A program made the translations under genes and the position numbers. From contig QCKZ01000002.1 of assembly GCA_003214975.1 (NCBI GenBank), positions 165 through 64,164 on the forward strand: a stretch of DNA of 64,000 bases. The letters are read 5' to 3'. Source of the DNA: Prochlorococcus sp. AG-412-C21. Lineage in GTDB: Bacteria > Cyanobacteriota > Cyanobacteriia > PCC-6307 > Cyanobiaceae. Within the stretch, counting starts at the first letter, position 1; each line of letters begins with the position of its first letter. The notes under the pieces were generated by a model. The model did not search any database. It was not told the DNA's origin and was given only the letters and a program-made list of their open reading frames with translations. Shown here in pieces: positions 42,540 to 53,624 of this stretch.

Positions 42540-42638
42540 ATTGTTTATTAAATATTTTTTGATGAGATAAAAAATAGATTCAATATTAAATAATAGGCTA
42601 GATTAATAAAAAAGGATCAAAAAATTTTATAATTTATC

Positions 42639-43757
42639 GTGTTTGAATTTGAAATTACATCGAATTGCAGTAATACAGGTGCAAGAACTGGTATATTTCA
42701 TACCCCAAATGGTCAGGTAAACACTCCAAGATTTATGCCTGTGGGTACTTTGGCAACGGTTAAAGGAATTTCATCTAAGCAGTTAAATTCTACAGGATCA
42801 GAAATGATTCTCTCAAATACCTTTCATCTTCATCTACAACCTGGAGAAAAATTAGTTAAAGAATCTGGTGGAATACATAAGTTCATGAATTGGCCTAAGC
42901 CTATTCTTACTGATTCAGGTGGATATCAAGTTTTTAGTTTGGCTAAATTAAATAATATTTCTGATAAAGGTGTGGAATTTAAAAATCCAAGAGATGGTAG
43001 TCATGTATTTTTATCACCTGAAAAAGTAATGCAGATTCAAATGGATCTTGGCTCGGATGTTGCGATGGCTTTTGATCATTGTCCTCCGCATACAGCTAAC
43101 GAAAATGATATTGAGGACTCTTTACAAAGAACTCATTCATGGTTGCAAAAATGTGTTGATACTCATCAGAAATCAAATCAAGCATTATTCGGAATAGTTC
43201 AAGGTGGTAAGTATCCTAGATTAAGAGAATATAGCGCGAAATTTACAAGTTCTTTTGATCTCCCTGGAATAGCAGTAGGAGGTGTCAGTGTTGGAGAGGC
43301 AGTCGAAGAAATACATAGTGTAATAAATTACGTCCCTAAATTCTTACCAATAAATAAACCAAGGTATTTAATGGGAATTGGCTCTTTAAGAGAAATTTCT
43401 TTAGCTGTTGCTAATGGATTCGATATCTTTGACTGTGTTTTGCCTACAAGATTAGGAAGACATGGGACTGCATTTTTTAATGATGAAAGATTGAATTTGC
43501 GAAATGCTCGATTTAAAAATGACTTTTCTCCGATTGACAAAACTTGTAAATGCGAAACCTGTAAGTCCTATTCTCGTGCATATTTGCATCATCTAATTAG
43601 AAATGACGAAATATTAGGCCTCACCCTCATAAGTTTGCATAATATTTCTCATTTAATAAGATTTACTAATGCAATTTCTACTGCAATTAAAGATAATTGT
43701 TTTACAATTGATTTCGCTCCTTGGAAAACATCCTCTATTGCTCACCATACGTGGTAA
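42639..43757 (+). CDS. tgt: tRNA-guanine transglycosylase
   Basis: [22 protein letters not shown], zinc site CKCETC. Confidence 0.97.
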   Translation: MFEFEITSNCSNTGARTGIFHTPNGQVNTPRFMPVGTLATVKGISSKQLNSTGSEMILSNTFHLHLQPGEKLVKESGGIHKFMNWPKPILTDSGGYQVFSLAKLNNISDKGVEFKNPRDGSHVFLSPEKVMQIQMDLGSDVAMAFDHCPPHTANENDIEDSLQRTHSWLQKCVDTHQKSNQALFGIVQGGKYPRLREYSAKFTSSFDLPGIAVGGVSVGEAVEEIHSVINYVPKFLPINKPRYLMGIGSLREISLAVANGFDIFDCVLPTRLGRHGTAFFNDERLNLRNARFKNDFSPIDKTCKCETCKSYSRAYLHHLIRNDEILGLTLISLHNISHLIRFTNAISTAIKDNCFTIDFAPWKTSSIAHHTW

Positions 43758-43790
43758 CGTCTTATCATAATTAATTAAATTATTAAAAAG

Positions 43791-43931
43791 GTGCTCATTC
43801 TATTTAATACATTCGCTGAATTGCCTGAGGCTTACAAAGCCTTTGCTCCAACTGTTGATGTTCTTCCACTTATTCCTTTATTTTTCTTTTTGTTGGTATT
43901 TGTTTGGCAAGCTGCAGTTGGATTTAAATAA
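43791..43931 (+). CDS. psbK: Photosystem II reaction center protein K (absent from ORF track)
   Basis: GTG start; [38 protein letters not shown]. Confidence 0.96.
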
Positions 43932-43957
43932 AATTCTTTTCGTTTAGATAGTTTGTC

Positions 43958-44962
43958 TTAGAAGGGATTTTCAAGTAAGATCGCATCTCCAGAATTTTCT
44001 ACAGCACACTCTATAAAATCAGCAATTTTTAAAGCTCTTGAGGCTTGCTCACCATCTACCTCAGGGCTTTCTTTGCCTTGAACGCATTTAAGAAAATGCT
44101 CCAGTTCTGCATAAAGAGGTTCAATGGAGGTTGTACTAACTTCTTCTACATATCCATCATTTCTGTAAACTAATTCTCCATGCTCTGCTGAGTATGATTC
44201 ATGAGACTTTCTATGGATTTGTAATGAGTGATTTAAGAAATCAGTTTCTACTAGCCCATTTTGGCAGTGAGCGCTTAAACTTCTAATTTTTTTGTGACTC
44301 ATTTTGCTGGCAGTTAAGCTTGCAATAACATTATTTTTAAAAACTAAAGTAGCATTGACATAATCTATTAATCCTTCGCTATTTCTGCCTCCAACAGCTG
44401 CTAATTTTTGTATTTTTGAGTTTACAAGCTCTAAAACAAGATCAATGTCATGAATCATTAAATCCATTACTACAGACACATCATTTGCTCTGTCTGCATG
44501 AGGACTGTGCCTCCTTGCTTCTAAAACAACAATTTCTTCATTATGTACTATTTTATTTAATTCTCTAAAAGCAGGATTAAATCTTTCAATATGCCCAACT
44601 TGTAATAGACAATTACTTGCATTAGAAGCCTCTATTAAAGACTTTGCTTCTAACTCGTTAGCTGCAATTGGTTTTTCAATTAGAACGTTGATACCTCCCT
44701 TGAGACAATCTAGTCCTACTTTTTGATGAAGTAGTGTTGGGACAGCGATACAGATAGCATCAACTTTCGGAATTAAGTCCTTATAATCTCTGAACCATTC
44801 ACATTGAAATTGCTCAGTAGCTAATTTGCCCCTCTCTTCATTTGGATCTGCAACTCCAACGAGATTTGCATCTTTGAGTAAACTGAGTACTCGGGCATGA
44901 TGCCAGCCCATATTTCCTATTCCTATGACTCCAACCTTTACTGGTAATGAGGTTGGTTGCAT
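43958..44962 (-). CDS. Gfo/Idh/MocA family oxidoreductase
   Basis: GIGNMG, IEKPIA, GHIERFNP, DLMIHDID. Confidence 0.92.
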   Translation of the reverse strand: MQPTSLPVKVGVIGIGNMGWHHARVLSLLKDANLVGVADPNEERGKLATEQFQCEWFRDYKDLIPKVDAICIAVPTLLHQKVGLDCLKGGINVLIEKPIAANELEAKSLIEASNASNCLLQVGHIERFNPAFRELNKIVHNEEIVVLEARRHSPHADRANDVSVVMDLMIHDIDLVLELVNSKIQKLAAVGGRNSEGLIDYVNATLVFKNNVIASLTASKMSHKKIRSLSAHCQNGLVETDFLNHSLQIHRKSHESYSAEHGELVYRNDGYVEEVSTTSIEPLYAELEHFLKCVQGKESPEVDGEQASRALKIADFIECAVENSGDAILLENPF

Positions 44963-45012
44963 AACTTTAAATCTATATATTAATTATTATTATCCTCTAT
45001 GGGAAGCCGTAT

Positions 45013-46281
45013 TTAGCTTTTGGGAAGTATTATTTTAACACGATCAATTTTGGGACCTGACATAGAAATAACTTCAAATCTAATATTATTGAAATCTAAA
45101 ACGTCGCCAATTTTTGGAACCATTTGAAATTTTTCTAGCAGAAATCCAGCAAGTGTATGATAGTCAGAACCTTCTGGAATAGAACATGCTAACTTTTTAT
45201 TGATATCTATAATTTCTGATTTTCCAGCTATTGACCATTTTTTAGATAAATTATCTAACATTTTCATATCTGAATAAATTCTATTATTGATCATTTCTTC
45301 TCCAACTATTTCGCCATTTAGATCAGCTGCAGTAATGAGACCCTCAGTTCCACCGTGTTCATCAACTACTAGTAAGAAGGGATTGTAGTCTCTTACTATT
45401 GGAAATATTTCTGCTAGTGAACATGTTTCTATTATTTTTGTTACTGGTAAAAGGAATGGCTCTAATAATGTATCGGCTTCCATTTCACCTTTTGATATTG
45501 GCTTAGCTAGATAACGCAAATCTAATACGCCTAATACATCATCTAAAGACTCACCAATCACAAAGAAGCGAGCATGTCGAGTTTTATCTACTTGTTTCAT
45601 AAGTTCTGAAAAGGTTATATTTTTTGGCAAAGTTACCATTTCAGATCTTGGAATCATCACTTCTTTAACCTGCGTATCTTTTAAAGCAAAAACTCCTTCA
45701 AGAATATTCTTTTCATCTGGTTTTAAACCTGTTACGTTATCTGTTTCTATAAGAGTTTCTAATTCTCCAGCAGATAAACCCGAATTTAAAGAATCCCATT
45801 TGTTATTTAAATTGAACAAGCCTAAACAGGCGCTAGCAAAGAATTCTATTGTTTTCACTATAGGATTCATAGCTTTTCTTACGGCATCAAATATTGTGGT
45901 TAACCTTAATGCAGCAGATTCTGGATTGTTAATGACTAAAGCTTTTGGAATTAGTCCAGAAACAAGAGTAACAACTAAAACAACAAATAAAAATAATAGA
46001 AGATCATAAAATCTATTTGATAAAATATTGCTTTTCCAATAATCATTAGCCAGGTTATTGCTGAGCCATCCAATAGCAATTAATGAAATTGTTACTCCAA
46101 ATTGAGAAGCAATTAATGAAGATCTAAAGCGTTTTTGAATTTTTAAAATTGAGAATGCTCCTTTCTTTTTTTCTTCTATTAACCTTAAAACTTTACTTGG
46201 CCTTATTAATAAAAAAGAGAGTTCACTCGCTGCGAAAAAAGCTGGTAATAATAAAAGAAATAAAAGTAGAGTTATTTTCAT
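45013..46281 (-). CDS. CNNM/CorC (hemolysin-like) CBS-domain protein
   Basis: FFAASELS, VKEVMIPR, VVDEHGGTEGLIT, YHTLAGF. Confidence 0.92.
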   Translation of the reverse strand: MKITLLLFLLLLPAFFAASELSFLLIRPSKVLRLIEEKKKGAFSILKIQKRFRSSLIASQFGVTISLIAIGWLSNNLANDYWKSNILSNRFYDLLLFLFVVLVVTLVSGLIPKALVINNPESAALRLTTIFDAVRKAMNPIVKTIEFFASACLGLFNLNNKWDSLNSGLSAGELETLIETDNVTGLKPDEKNILEGVFALKDTQVKEVMIPRSEMVTLPKNITFSELMKQVDKTRHARFFVIGESLDDVLGVLDLRYLAKPISKGEMEADTLLEPFLLPVTKIIETCSLAEIFPIVRDYNPFLLVVDEHGGTEGLITAADLNGEIVGEEMINNRIYSDMKMLDNLSKKWSIAGKSEIIDINKKLACSIPEGSDYHTLAGFLLEKFQMVPKIGDVLDFNNIRFEVISMSGPKIDRVKIILPKS

Positions 46282-46299
46282 TCAATGACAAATGAATAA

Positions 46300-46372
46300 T
46301 GGGGGTGGCGAGGATCGAACTCGCCTTAGCCAAATTATGAGTTTGGTGCATTCACCAGATTGCTACACCCCC
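46300..46372 (-). tRNA. tRNA with CAT anticodon, probably tRNA-Ile2 (lysidine); otherwise elongator Met
   Basis: GGGGGTG/CACCCCC acceptor with a paired 1:72 (so not initiator); CCAAA-CTCATAA-TTTGG arm resembles plastid trnI-CAU. Confidence 0.9.
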
Positions 46373-46513
46373 AAGGGAATTTATGTAATTTTAATTACAT
46401 TGAATTTCAATATACAATATAAAAATAATATTTCAAAAAACACCTCATTAGGAAGTTTTTGTGAGATTTCTTTTTTTTCTTCTAATCTTTAAATATAAAT
46501 TTAACTTTTACTA

Positions 46514-47074
46514 ATGGGCAAATTTTCGGATGAGTATAATTTAAATAAAGCAAAATTGTTAAAACAGTTAATTGAGAAATCTTACAAGAAAGGAAACTTC
46601 ACTTTATCTTCAGGAAAAAAAAGCAGTCATTACTTGAACTGTAAACCAGTGTCATTAAATGGCGAAGGCTTAAACTTAATAAGTGATTTGTTTTTAGAGT
46701 TAAAGGACTCAAGGTCAAAAGCTGTAGCAGGATTGACATTAGGTGCAGACCCTATAGTAAGTGGATTAATTGTCAAAGCAGCTTTGCATGGCCTAGACCT
46801 TGATGGTTTAATAATTCGCAAAGAAATCAAAAAATACGGTACCAAAGCTGGAATAGAGGGCCCTACATTAGAAGAAGGAACTTTGGTAACTGTTTTAGAG
46901 GATGTCGTTACAACTGCTGGTTCAGTGATAAAAGCTATAAAAAAGTTACGCGAAAATAATTATGTTGTTGAGGAAGTTTTGTCTATAGTTGATAGGCAAG
47001 AAGGGGGATTAGAAGCCCTTGAAGATGAAAATGTTAAATTAAAGAGTCTTTTTACAATAAAAGACTTTTTATAA
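46514..47074 (+). CDS. pyrE: Orotate phosphoribosyltransferase
   Basis: [31 protein letters not shown]. Confidence 0.96.
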   Translation: MGKFSDEYNLNKAKLLKQLIEKSYKKGNFTLSSGKKSSHYLNCKPVSLNGEGLNLISDLFLELKDSRSKAVAGLTLGADPIVSGLIVKAALHGLDLDGLIIRKEIKKYGTKAGIEGPTLEEGTLVTVLEDVVTTAGSVIKAIKKLRENNYVVEEVLSIVDRQEGGLEALEDENVKLKSLFTIKDFL

Positions 47075-47084
47075 TTATTTCAAA

Positions 47085-47921
47085 ATGCAAGATATAAAAA
47101 AAAAGTTTTGGCTTGAAAAATTTGATTGTTTTTCTATTACTGGAAAAGATGCCAGAAAATTTTTGAATGGAATAACAACTGGTAATATTCTTGATTCAGA
47201 AAATAAAGTTATCAAAACTTGTTGGTTAACTCCAAATGGAGTTCTAAGGTCATTAATTGAAATTATTTTTTTAGAAAGAAACTTAGAAGTAATTATCTTG
47301 GCGGGTAACACTAATGAAATAATTGATTACTTTAATCAAATTATTTTTCCAGCGGACGATGTACTTCTAAGTGAACCTTTCTTGATAAATAGAATTCAGG
47401 AAATTGATGAATCTAGTTCATGGAGAACTTACCAGCCTATTTTCTTCAAAACAGAAGATAAAGAATTTGAAATATATAAAAATCAACTAAATTTACTAAA
47501 TTCCAATGATTTAAAACTTTGGAAGATTAATCAGGCAATACCCTCATTAGAAATGGAAATAAACGGAAAAAATAATCCTCTTGAGCTTGGATTACAAGAT
47601 CTTATAGATTTTAATAAAGGTTGTTATTTAGGACAAGAAACAATGTCAAAAATAAAGAATGTTTCTTCTTTAAAACAGGAAATAAGAATTTGGCAATCAT
47701 TTGAATCTGATTTGAATTTAGACGTTGAAGATAAAAATTTATATATAAATTCTGCCAAGGATATTTCTGTAGGCAAAATCACTAGTTTTTTAAAATCAGA
47801 TTCTCAAATAAAAGGTTTAGCAATGATAAAAAGAAAATATTTAGAGGAAGGAAGTTATTTTTTTTCTGAAATTTTTGGAAAAATTATTATTAATAAATCT
47901 GTAGGATCAATTTTTCTTTAA
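47085..47921 (+). CDS. YgfZ/GcvT-like folate-binding protein
   Basis: GKDARKFLNG, signature KGCYLGQE. Confidence 0.9.
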   Translation: MQDIKKKFWLEKFDCFSITGKDARKFLNGITTGNILDSENKVIKTCWLTPNGVLRSLIEIIFLERNLEVIILAGNTNEIIDYFNQIIFPADDVLLSEPFLINRIQEIDESSSWRTYQPIFFKTEDKEFEIYKNQLNLLNSNDLKLWKINQAIPSLEMEINGKNNPLELGLQDLIDFNKGCYLGQETMSKIKNVSSLKQEIRIWQSFESDLNLDVEDKNLYINSAKDISVGKITSFLKSDSQIKGLAMIKRKYLEEGSYFFSEIFGKIIINKSVGSIFL

Positions 47922-49325
47922 TTGATTTTTGATTAAATATTCTGCAATTTGTAGAGTAGCCAAACAATCATCTTTGTTATATTGGATGATTTTTTTTAAA
48001 AATATTTCGTTTTCTGTAATTTGATATTGAATCCACCAATAAAGGGCTTTCGATCCGCTTACATTTTTCTGCATCCATTCAAATCCAAGCCAATTAGAAA
48101 CAGTTTTTAAGCCATAGTTTTTTAGTGGTAATATCCAAGACTTTCTTATTAAGGTATGTAAGTCTATAAATCTTGAGGCAAGTGAATCAATTTCTTCAAC
48201 ACTAAAATTTAGGTGTTTAGCAATATTAATTATTGCTATCTTTTCAGTTTCTCCGTAGTGTAAAACTGGCCATTCCTTCTTTGAAAAAAGGATTTCAATA
48301 ATTTTCCTGTAAGATTCTCCTTTATTGTTTTTGAGATCTAAAATTGGTTTATAAATAAGATCTTCTTTTTTTGTAAACAAATTATTTATTTTTAAAAAAC
48401 CATATAAAAAGTCATGTTTATCATCTGGATTTGACTCAATATCAAATATATAAAATCCCGAACATGTTTTTTCTCGTAGATCGTTAGTATCATTTTTATT
48501 CGAAATGCGATATGGTTCCCCAGAAATATAAGCTTGTGCTTGCTTTACAAATACGGACGCTTTTTCATACTTTTGATCGTTGAATTTAGATAATTTTTCT
48601 CCAAGTTGTTTTTCGCTATACGAAGCTAATGTTTGGGTATCGGATATTCCATTTGTGATGAGTAATGAGGCCGTTTTGGATCCTATTCCATCTATATCTG
48701 TTAGATATCCATTCTCTTTTGCTTCTTTGTCACAAAATTTTTGCCATGAACAAATAGTACATTTTTTCCTGTCTTGCGTTATTTCTGGCATAAATCCCTC
48801 CAAGCATTCATTCAAACTTATTAAAACATTCAAAACTTTTTTTCTTAATTTTTTATTTAAATAAATTTCTTCAACATTAACTTTTTTATCAAAACTTGAA
48901 ATTACTAATCCTTTCTCGATTTTAGATTCTTGAAAAGATTCCAACAGCATAGAACTAAAAGCTAAGTCGAATAAATGTTCTTTAGTGGTTTTGTGACCTA
49001 ACTTATAAACTGCAGGTAAATATTTATATTGTCCCCATTTACTTTTACCTTTAGTCTTTACAAGTAATTGTGGACGTATCTCTGCGTTAATATTTTGGAA
49101 AAGATTCCCTTTGATTTTTAATCCAATTACCCCTTGATAACCATTTTCAAGGGCTTTTAATCCTGTATATATTTCACTATTACAAAATTCAGAGAAAATT
49201 TGAAACTGATTAATTTTATCTATAGCTTTATGGGGAGACCAAACTTCATAAGATTTTTTACCCTTAAAATCTAGCCATGCTTTTCTTTTGCATCTTGTAA
49301 AACTTTTTAAATGAAGAGAATTCAA
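47907..49325 (-). CDS. TM0106 family RecB-like putative nuclease
   Basis: RCKRKAWL, CTICSWQKFC, HhH DGIG, FDIE, LHYG, YGLK, YNKDDC. Confidence 0.85.
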   Translation of the reverse strand: MNSLHLKSFTRCKRKAWLDFKGKKSYEVWSPHKAIDKINQFQIFSEFCNSEIYTGLKALENGYQGVIGLKIKGNLFQNINAEIRPQLLVKTKGKSKWGQYKYLPAVYKLGHKTTKEHLFDLAFSSMLLESFQESKIEKGLVISSFDKKVNVEEIYLNKKLRKKVLNVLISLNECLEGFMPEITQDRKKCTICSWQKFCDKEAKENGYLTDIDGIGSKTASLLITNGISDTQTLASYSEKQLGEKLSKFNDQKYEKASVFVKQAQAYISGEPYRISNKNDTNDLREKTCSGFYIFDIESNPDDKHDFLYGFLKINNLFTKKEDLIYKPILDLKNNKGESYRKIIEILFSKKEWPVLHYGETEKIAIINIAKHLNFSVEEIDSLASRFIDLHTLIRKSWILPLKNYGLKTVSNWLGFEWMQKNVSGSKALYWWIQYQITENEIFLKKIIQYNKDDCLATLQIAEYLIKNQLKKN

Positions 49326-49405
49326 ATTATTTTTTAATTGCGGTTTTAAAATTTACTCATATAAATTAGTATAGATAATTAGAAAAAATCAAGGAAATTT
49401 TAAAT

Positions 49406-50860
49406 TTGACAGCTGATAAATTAGATAAGATAAAATTTGGAACTGATGGGTGGAGAGGAATTATTGGATTTGATTTTAATTTATCCAATCTTTCAAGAGT
49501 TGTTGTTGCTGCATGCCAGGAGTTGCATTATCAATACTATAAAGAAGTTAATTCAAAGAAAATTATTATTGGATATGATCGTAGATTTATGGCTTGTGAA
49601 TTTGCCAAGCAAATAGTGCCTTTTGTGAGAGGATGTGGTTTCGAGCCGATCTTATCTAATAGCTTTGTTACAACACCCTCTTGTAGTTTCTATGCGAAAG
49701 AAGTCGGTTGTCTTGGAGCGTTAGTAATTACAGCAAGTCATAATCCATATAATTGGCTAGGTCTGAAAATAAAAAGCTTTAATGGATGTTCTGTTGACGA
49801 ATCTTTTACAAGTGAAATTGAAAAAAGATTAATGCTTGGAAATTCAATTGAAAAAGTAGATGGTGTTAATCAATTGGTAGATATTAAGAAATTTCATTTA
49901 GATAGAATTAAATCCCTTTTTGATATTGACTTTATTTCCAATAGATTGAAAAAAATGAAATTGAGAATTTTTGTAGATTCTATGCATGGTTCAGCTGCAA
50001 ATTGTATGGCTGAGATTTTTGCTTCTAATGATTTAGAAGTTATTTCAGAAATCAGGAAAGATGCTGATCCCTTTTTTGGAGGAAAACCTCCTGAACCTCT
50101 TTTAAATTATGTAGACGATCTAAATCAAATACTAATGAAAAATTCAACAAATGAAGTGAAAACTCTAGGAATTATATTTGATGGTGATGGTGACAGAATT
50201 GCGGCGATTGATGAAAAAGGAAGATACTCTAGTACGCAAGATTTACTCCCATACTTTATTAGCTATTTGGGCGAAATTAAAAATAATTCTTATCCAGTTT
50301 TAAAGACTGTTAGTGGTTCAGATATTATTAAAAATATATCAGAGAGTCAAAATAGAGATGTTTTTGAACTTCCAGTTGGCTTTAAATATATTGCCGAAAA
50401 AATGATTAAAGAGAAAATATTTATTGGAGGAGAAGAATCTGGGGGAGTTGGTTTTGGTGACTTTATGCCTGAAAGAGATGCTCTATATGCAGCGATGGTT
50501 TTATTAAATGGAATTGCTGAAAAATCTCAATATTTATATGAAACCTTAGATGAAATTCAAAAAGATTTTGGGCCGAGTTTTTATAAAAGAATTGATATTA
50601 AATTTCCAAATCAGTCAGAAAAAAATAACGTAAAAGAATTTATCATAGATAATATTCCTGAGAATATTAATATTCACAAGTTAAAAAGTATCTCAAAGAT
50701 TGATGGAATAAAGTTGAGAATTGATAAAAATTTTTGGCTTCTTTTTAGGTTTTCAGGAACGGAACCTCTTTTAAGGTTATATTGTGAAGCACCAAAAGAA
50801 TCTTATTTAGATGAGTTATTAGAGTGGGGTCAAGAATTTATAAATTTGGCAGGAAAATAA
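49406..50860 (+). CDS. Phosphoglucomutase/phosphomannomutase
   Basis: FGTDGWRG, TASHNP, DGDGDR, GGEESGG, RFSGTEP. Confidence 0.93.
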   Translation: MTADKLDKIKFGTDGWRGIIGFDFNLSNLSRVVVAACQELHYQYYKEVNSKKIIIGYDRRFMACEFAKQIVPFVRGCGFEPILSNSFVTTPSCSFYAKEVGCLGALVITASHNPYNWLGLKIKSFNGCSVDESFTSEIEKRLMLGNSIEKVDGVNQLVDIKKFHLDRIKSLFDIDFISNRLKKMKLRIFVDSMHGSAANCMAEIFASNDLEVISEIRKDADPFFGGKPPEPLLNYVDDLNQILMKNSTNEVKTLGIIFDGDGDRIAAIDEKGRYSSTQDLLPYFISYLGEIKNNSYPVLKTVSGSDIIKNISESQNRDVFELPVGFKYIAEKMIKEKIFIGGEESGGVGFGDFMPERDALYAAMVLLNGIAEKSQYLYETLDEIQKDFGPSFYKRIDIKFPNQSEKNNVKEFIIDNIPENINIHKLKSISKIDGIKLRIDKNFWLLFRFSGTEPLLRLYCEAPKESYLDELLEWGQEFINLAGK

Positions 50861-50862
50861 GG

Positions 50863-51438
50863 ATGAAAAATTTATATTTAGCGAGTAAGAATAAAGGTAA
50901 AATTGAAGAATATAAAAAATTGCTTGCTGGAGTTAATTGTAAATTATTACTCCAGCCAGAATCATTAGAAGTTGAAGAGGATGGACTGACATTTAGAGAT
51001 AATGCAATTAAAAAAGCGAGTGAAGTTTCGAGAAAAACAAATAATTTCTCAATAGCAGATGATTCAGGCATTTGTATTGAAGCACTAAATGGTAGGCCTG
51101 GCATTTACTCATCTAGATATGCAGAAAATGATCAGAAGAGAATTGAACGAGTTTTAAAAGAACTTGATGGAGTTCAAAATAGAATTGCTTTCTTTATTGC
51201 CAACATTTGTGTTTGTTCCCCAAATGGAGAAGTGATTATTGAATCTGAGGCCAAATGTCATGGCAATATTATTTTAAACCCGAGAGGAAAAGGTGGTTTT
51301 GGGTATGACCCAATTTTTGAGGAGAGTTCTACCAGATTAACTTTCGCAGAAATGAATAATGATATTAAAGACTCTTGTAGTCATAGAGGTAAAGCATTAA
51401 AAAAAATTATTCCGGATTTAATTGAAATTTTTTCTTAA
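50863..51438 (+). CDS. rdgB: Non-canonical purine NTP pyrophosphatase (RdgB/HAM1)
   Basis: ASKNKGK, ADDSG, GFGYDPIF, SHRGKA; ATG at 50863. Confidence 0.95.
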   Translation: MKNLYLASKNKGKIEEYKKLLAGVNCKLLLQPESLEVEEDGLTFRDNAIKKASEVSRKTNNFSIADDSGICIEALNGRPGIYSSRYAENDQKRIERVLKELDGVQNRIAFFIANICVCSPNGEVIIESEAKCHGNIILNPRGKGGFGYDPIFEESSTRLTFAEMNNDIKDSCSHRGKALKKIIPDLIEIFS

Positions 51439-51440
51439 AT

Positions 51441-52925
51441 TCAATTAACCCAAGATCCATGAAGGCCATGAGGAATTGAAATGGGTAATTCATAAACAGC
51501 TAATTCTTTTAAGTCTTTTGCGTCTAATATCACTAGATCGCTTCCTTTTCTTTCTCCGTTCCATAGAAGTATAAATAAAAATCCCTCATCTTCTTTTGAA
51601 GATTTTTCTGATGGTACCATTATTGGTTCACTTACGAATCCACTTGGACCTGCTGACCAAGAAATCTCTTCCTTAGAAGTTAAATTTATTTTTTTTATTG
51701 CTTGAAGTGGAGCGTTCCCCACCTTTTGAGATGTGCTTGCCATCCAACTAAAAGTTGCTGTTAAACCTAAGTTTTTAGGATTAACAACAGCAAATTCACA
51801 ACATTGTTCACTTAAAGTTTCAAGTTTACTATTTTTTTTCTTTAGATCGATAATTGATCTTTTCAGTTTTCCTTCTGGATATTTATCAAAGTCAATATCC
51901 CTAAAATTCTCGTCTGGACCAACTGATGGGAAATCATCATAAAAAATACTATCTAATACGATTTTGGAATCTTTTTCAAATGCATTTACATGATGAAAAA
52001 CGAATCCTTCTGGAGCATCTATTGTTAACGGTGGCTGACCTCTAAATAATCCACTTTCTCTGGGGATGATAAAAAACTTTGCCTTTTTATTTGGGTTTGA
52101 CTTTAGACATTGCGCTGCACCTCTTTGACCTATTAGAAATGGAAGAGGATTGAAATCAATAGCATTCTGTAAGAATATTGCCCAATTAGTTGTAATTGCG
52201 AAATCATGAAGGAATGCAAAGCCATTAAAGGTATCTTTTCTGTCGAAAATGAGCTCTCCAGAATTTGTACCAGCATTATTAAATTCCATTAATCTAATGG
52301 TACTTTTTGGCCCGGTTTGTACTCCAAAAGTGACTAAAAGTTCTGAAGATGCATTTGAGTTTAGGTCTGTTTTGGGATGGGCACTGAATGCTTCGTTAGG
52401 CTTCAGTACCCCTTTTAATGTTGTTAAACCAATAGTGTCAAGACTGTCAGGATCCATTGCATGTGGACCGGCTGCTTCCCATAATGCGAGAATTTCATCT
52501 CCTAATTTAACGACATGAGTATTAGCTATATTCTTGAATTTTAGATCTAATGCATTATTTAAAATTCCTCCATTTTTTTGTGTCCCAAAAACACCTCTAT
52601 AAATAAATTTATTTATTTTTTCTTCTTCCAAATAGCCTTTAGTTTTAACAAATCTATTTGTTAAAAATGGCTGACCATTTTCGAATTTTATGGATGTTAT
52701 CATTCCATCACCATCAAATGGATGATGAACCCATTGTCCACCTCTCTCTAATATTCCTGGCCCATTTCTTAATAATGTTCCATTTAAATTTTTAATATTA
52801 TTACCTTTGCTAATTTTTAGAGGCTCTTTGGTTAGCTCCTTTTCTACATTTTGATACGCACTTGACCAATCTTCTTTATTAAAACTTTTAAATTCATCAA
52901 TTTTTTTATCTTGTAAATTAGTCAC
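51441..52925 (-). CDS. Carotenoid cleavage oxygenase (RPE65 family)
   Basis: RNGPG, HPFDGDG, FSAHPK, LHDF, FHHVNAFE, HGLHGSW. Confidence 0.93.
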   Translation of the reverse strand: MTNLQDKKIDEFKSFNKEDWSSAYQNVEKELTKEPLKISKGNNIKNLNGTLLRNGPGILERGGQWVHHPFDGDGMITSIKFENGQPFLTNRFVKTKGYLEEEKINKFIYRGVFGTQKNGGILNNALDLKFKNIANTHVVKLGDEILALWEAAGPHAMDPDSLDTIGLTTLKGVLKPNEAFSAHPKTDLNSNASSELLVTFGVQTGPKSTIRLMEFNNAGTNSGELIFDRKDTFNGFAFLHDFAITTNWAIFLQNAIDFNPLPFLIGQRGAAQCLKSNPNKKAKFFIIPRESGLFRGQPPLTIDAPEGFVFHHVNAFEKDSKIVLDSIFYDDFPSVGPDENFRDIDFDKYPEGKLKRSIIDLKKKNSKLETLSEQCCEFAVVNPKNLGLTATFSWMASTSQKVGNAPLQAIKKINLTSKEEISWSAGPSGFVSEPIMVPSEKSSKEDEGFLFILLWNGERKGSDLVILDAKDLKELAVYELPISIPHGLHGSWVN

Positions 52926-52998
52926 AACTAAATAATTACTTTATCTATCTTCGCCAAAAATCAACTGAATTGTGGCTGATTCGAAAAAAATTCCTATT

Positions 52999-53604
52999 TT
53001 ATTGTTTTTCTAGCATTCCTTTACTGCTTGGAATTGAATCAGATCTTCTTATATCTATTTCGGTAGCCATTCTCATTGCTCGTGAAAAAGCTTTAAAGCA
53101 AGCCTCAACTATATGATGTGAATTGCTACCTCTTATTTGATTAATATGAAGAGTAATACCACTGTTATTTACAAAGGCAATAAAAAACTCTTTTACTAGT
53201 TCAGTATCATAATTGCCAATTCTAGGCGCTTTTAATTGAAGATCATAAGATAGATGTGGTCTGCCGGAACAGTCTAAAGTCACTTGAACTAATGCTTCAT
53301 CTAATGGGGCAAAGAAATGTCCAAATCTACTTATTCCTTTTCTTTCTCCCAAGGCTTTTGAAAATGCTTTGCCTAACGCGATTCCTACATCTTCATTTGT
53401 ATGATGATCGTCAATATGGGTATCTCCAATTGCTTTTATTTTTAAATCGAATAAACCATGACTGGATATTTGATGAAGCATATGATCTAAGAATGGTATC
53501 CCGGTTTCAATCTCGGAAATCCCATTCCCATCTAAGTTTATAAATACAGCAATATCTGTTTCATTCGTTTTTCTTTTTATTTCTGATTGCCTTGGAGATG
53601 ACAT
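52999..53604 (-). CDS. hisB: Imidazoleglycerol-phosphate dehydratase
   Basis: [26 protein letters not shown]. Confidence 0.97.
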   Translation of the reverse strand: MSSPRQSEIKRKTNETDIAVFINLDGNGISEIETGIPFLDHMLHQISSHGLFDLKIKAIGDTHIDDHHTNEDVGIALGKAFSKALGERKGISRFGHFFAPLDEALVQVTLDCSGRPHLSYDLQLKAPRIGNYDTELVKEFFIAFVNNSGITLHINQIRGSNSHHIVEACFKAFSRAMRMATEIDIRRSDSIPSSKGMLEKQ

Positions 53605-53624
53605 TTTTATGCAAAAAATTTAGT

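Noticed and set aside
42540-42602. Open frame upstream of the cobS TTG (FYLIKKYLINN)
   Set aside because: A usable TTG exists and no essential motif lies upstream, so a third non-canonical start cannot be supported
46292-46492. 66-aa ORF on the + strand
   Set aside because: It is the reverse complement of the tRNA plus intergenic DNA
47907-49325. TM0106 protein as a Cas4/CRISPR component
   Set aside because: No cas1/cas2 or array nearby; flanked by housekeeping genes
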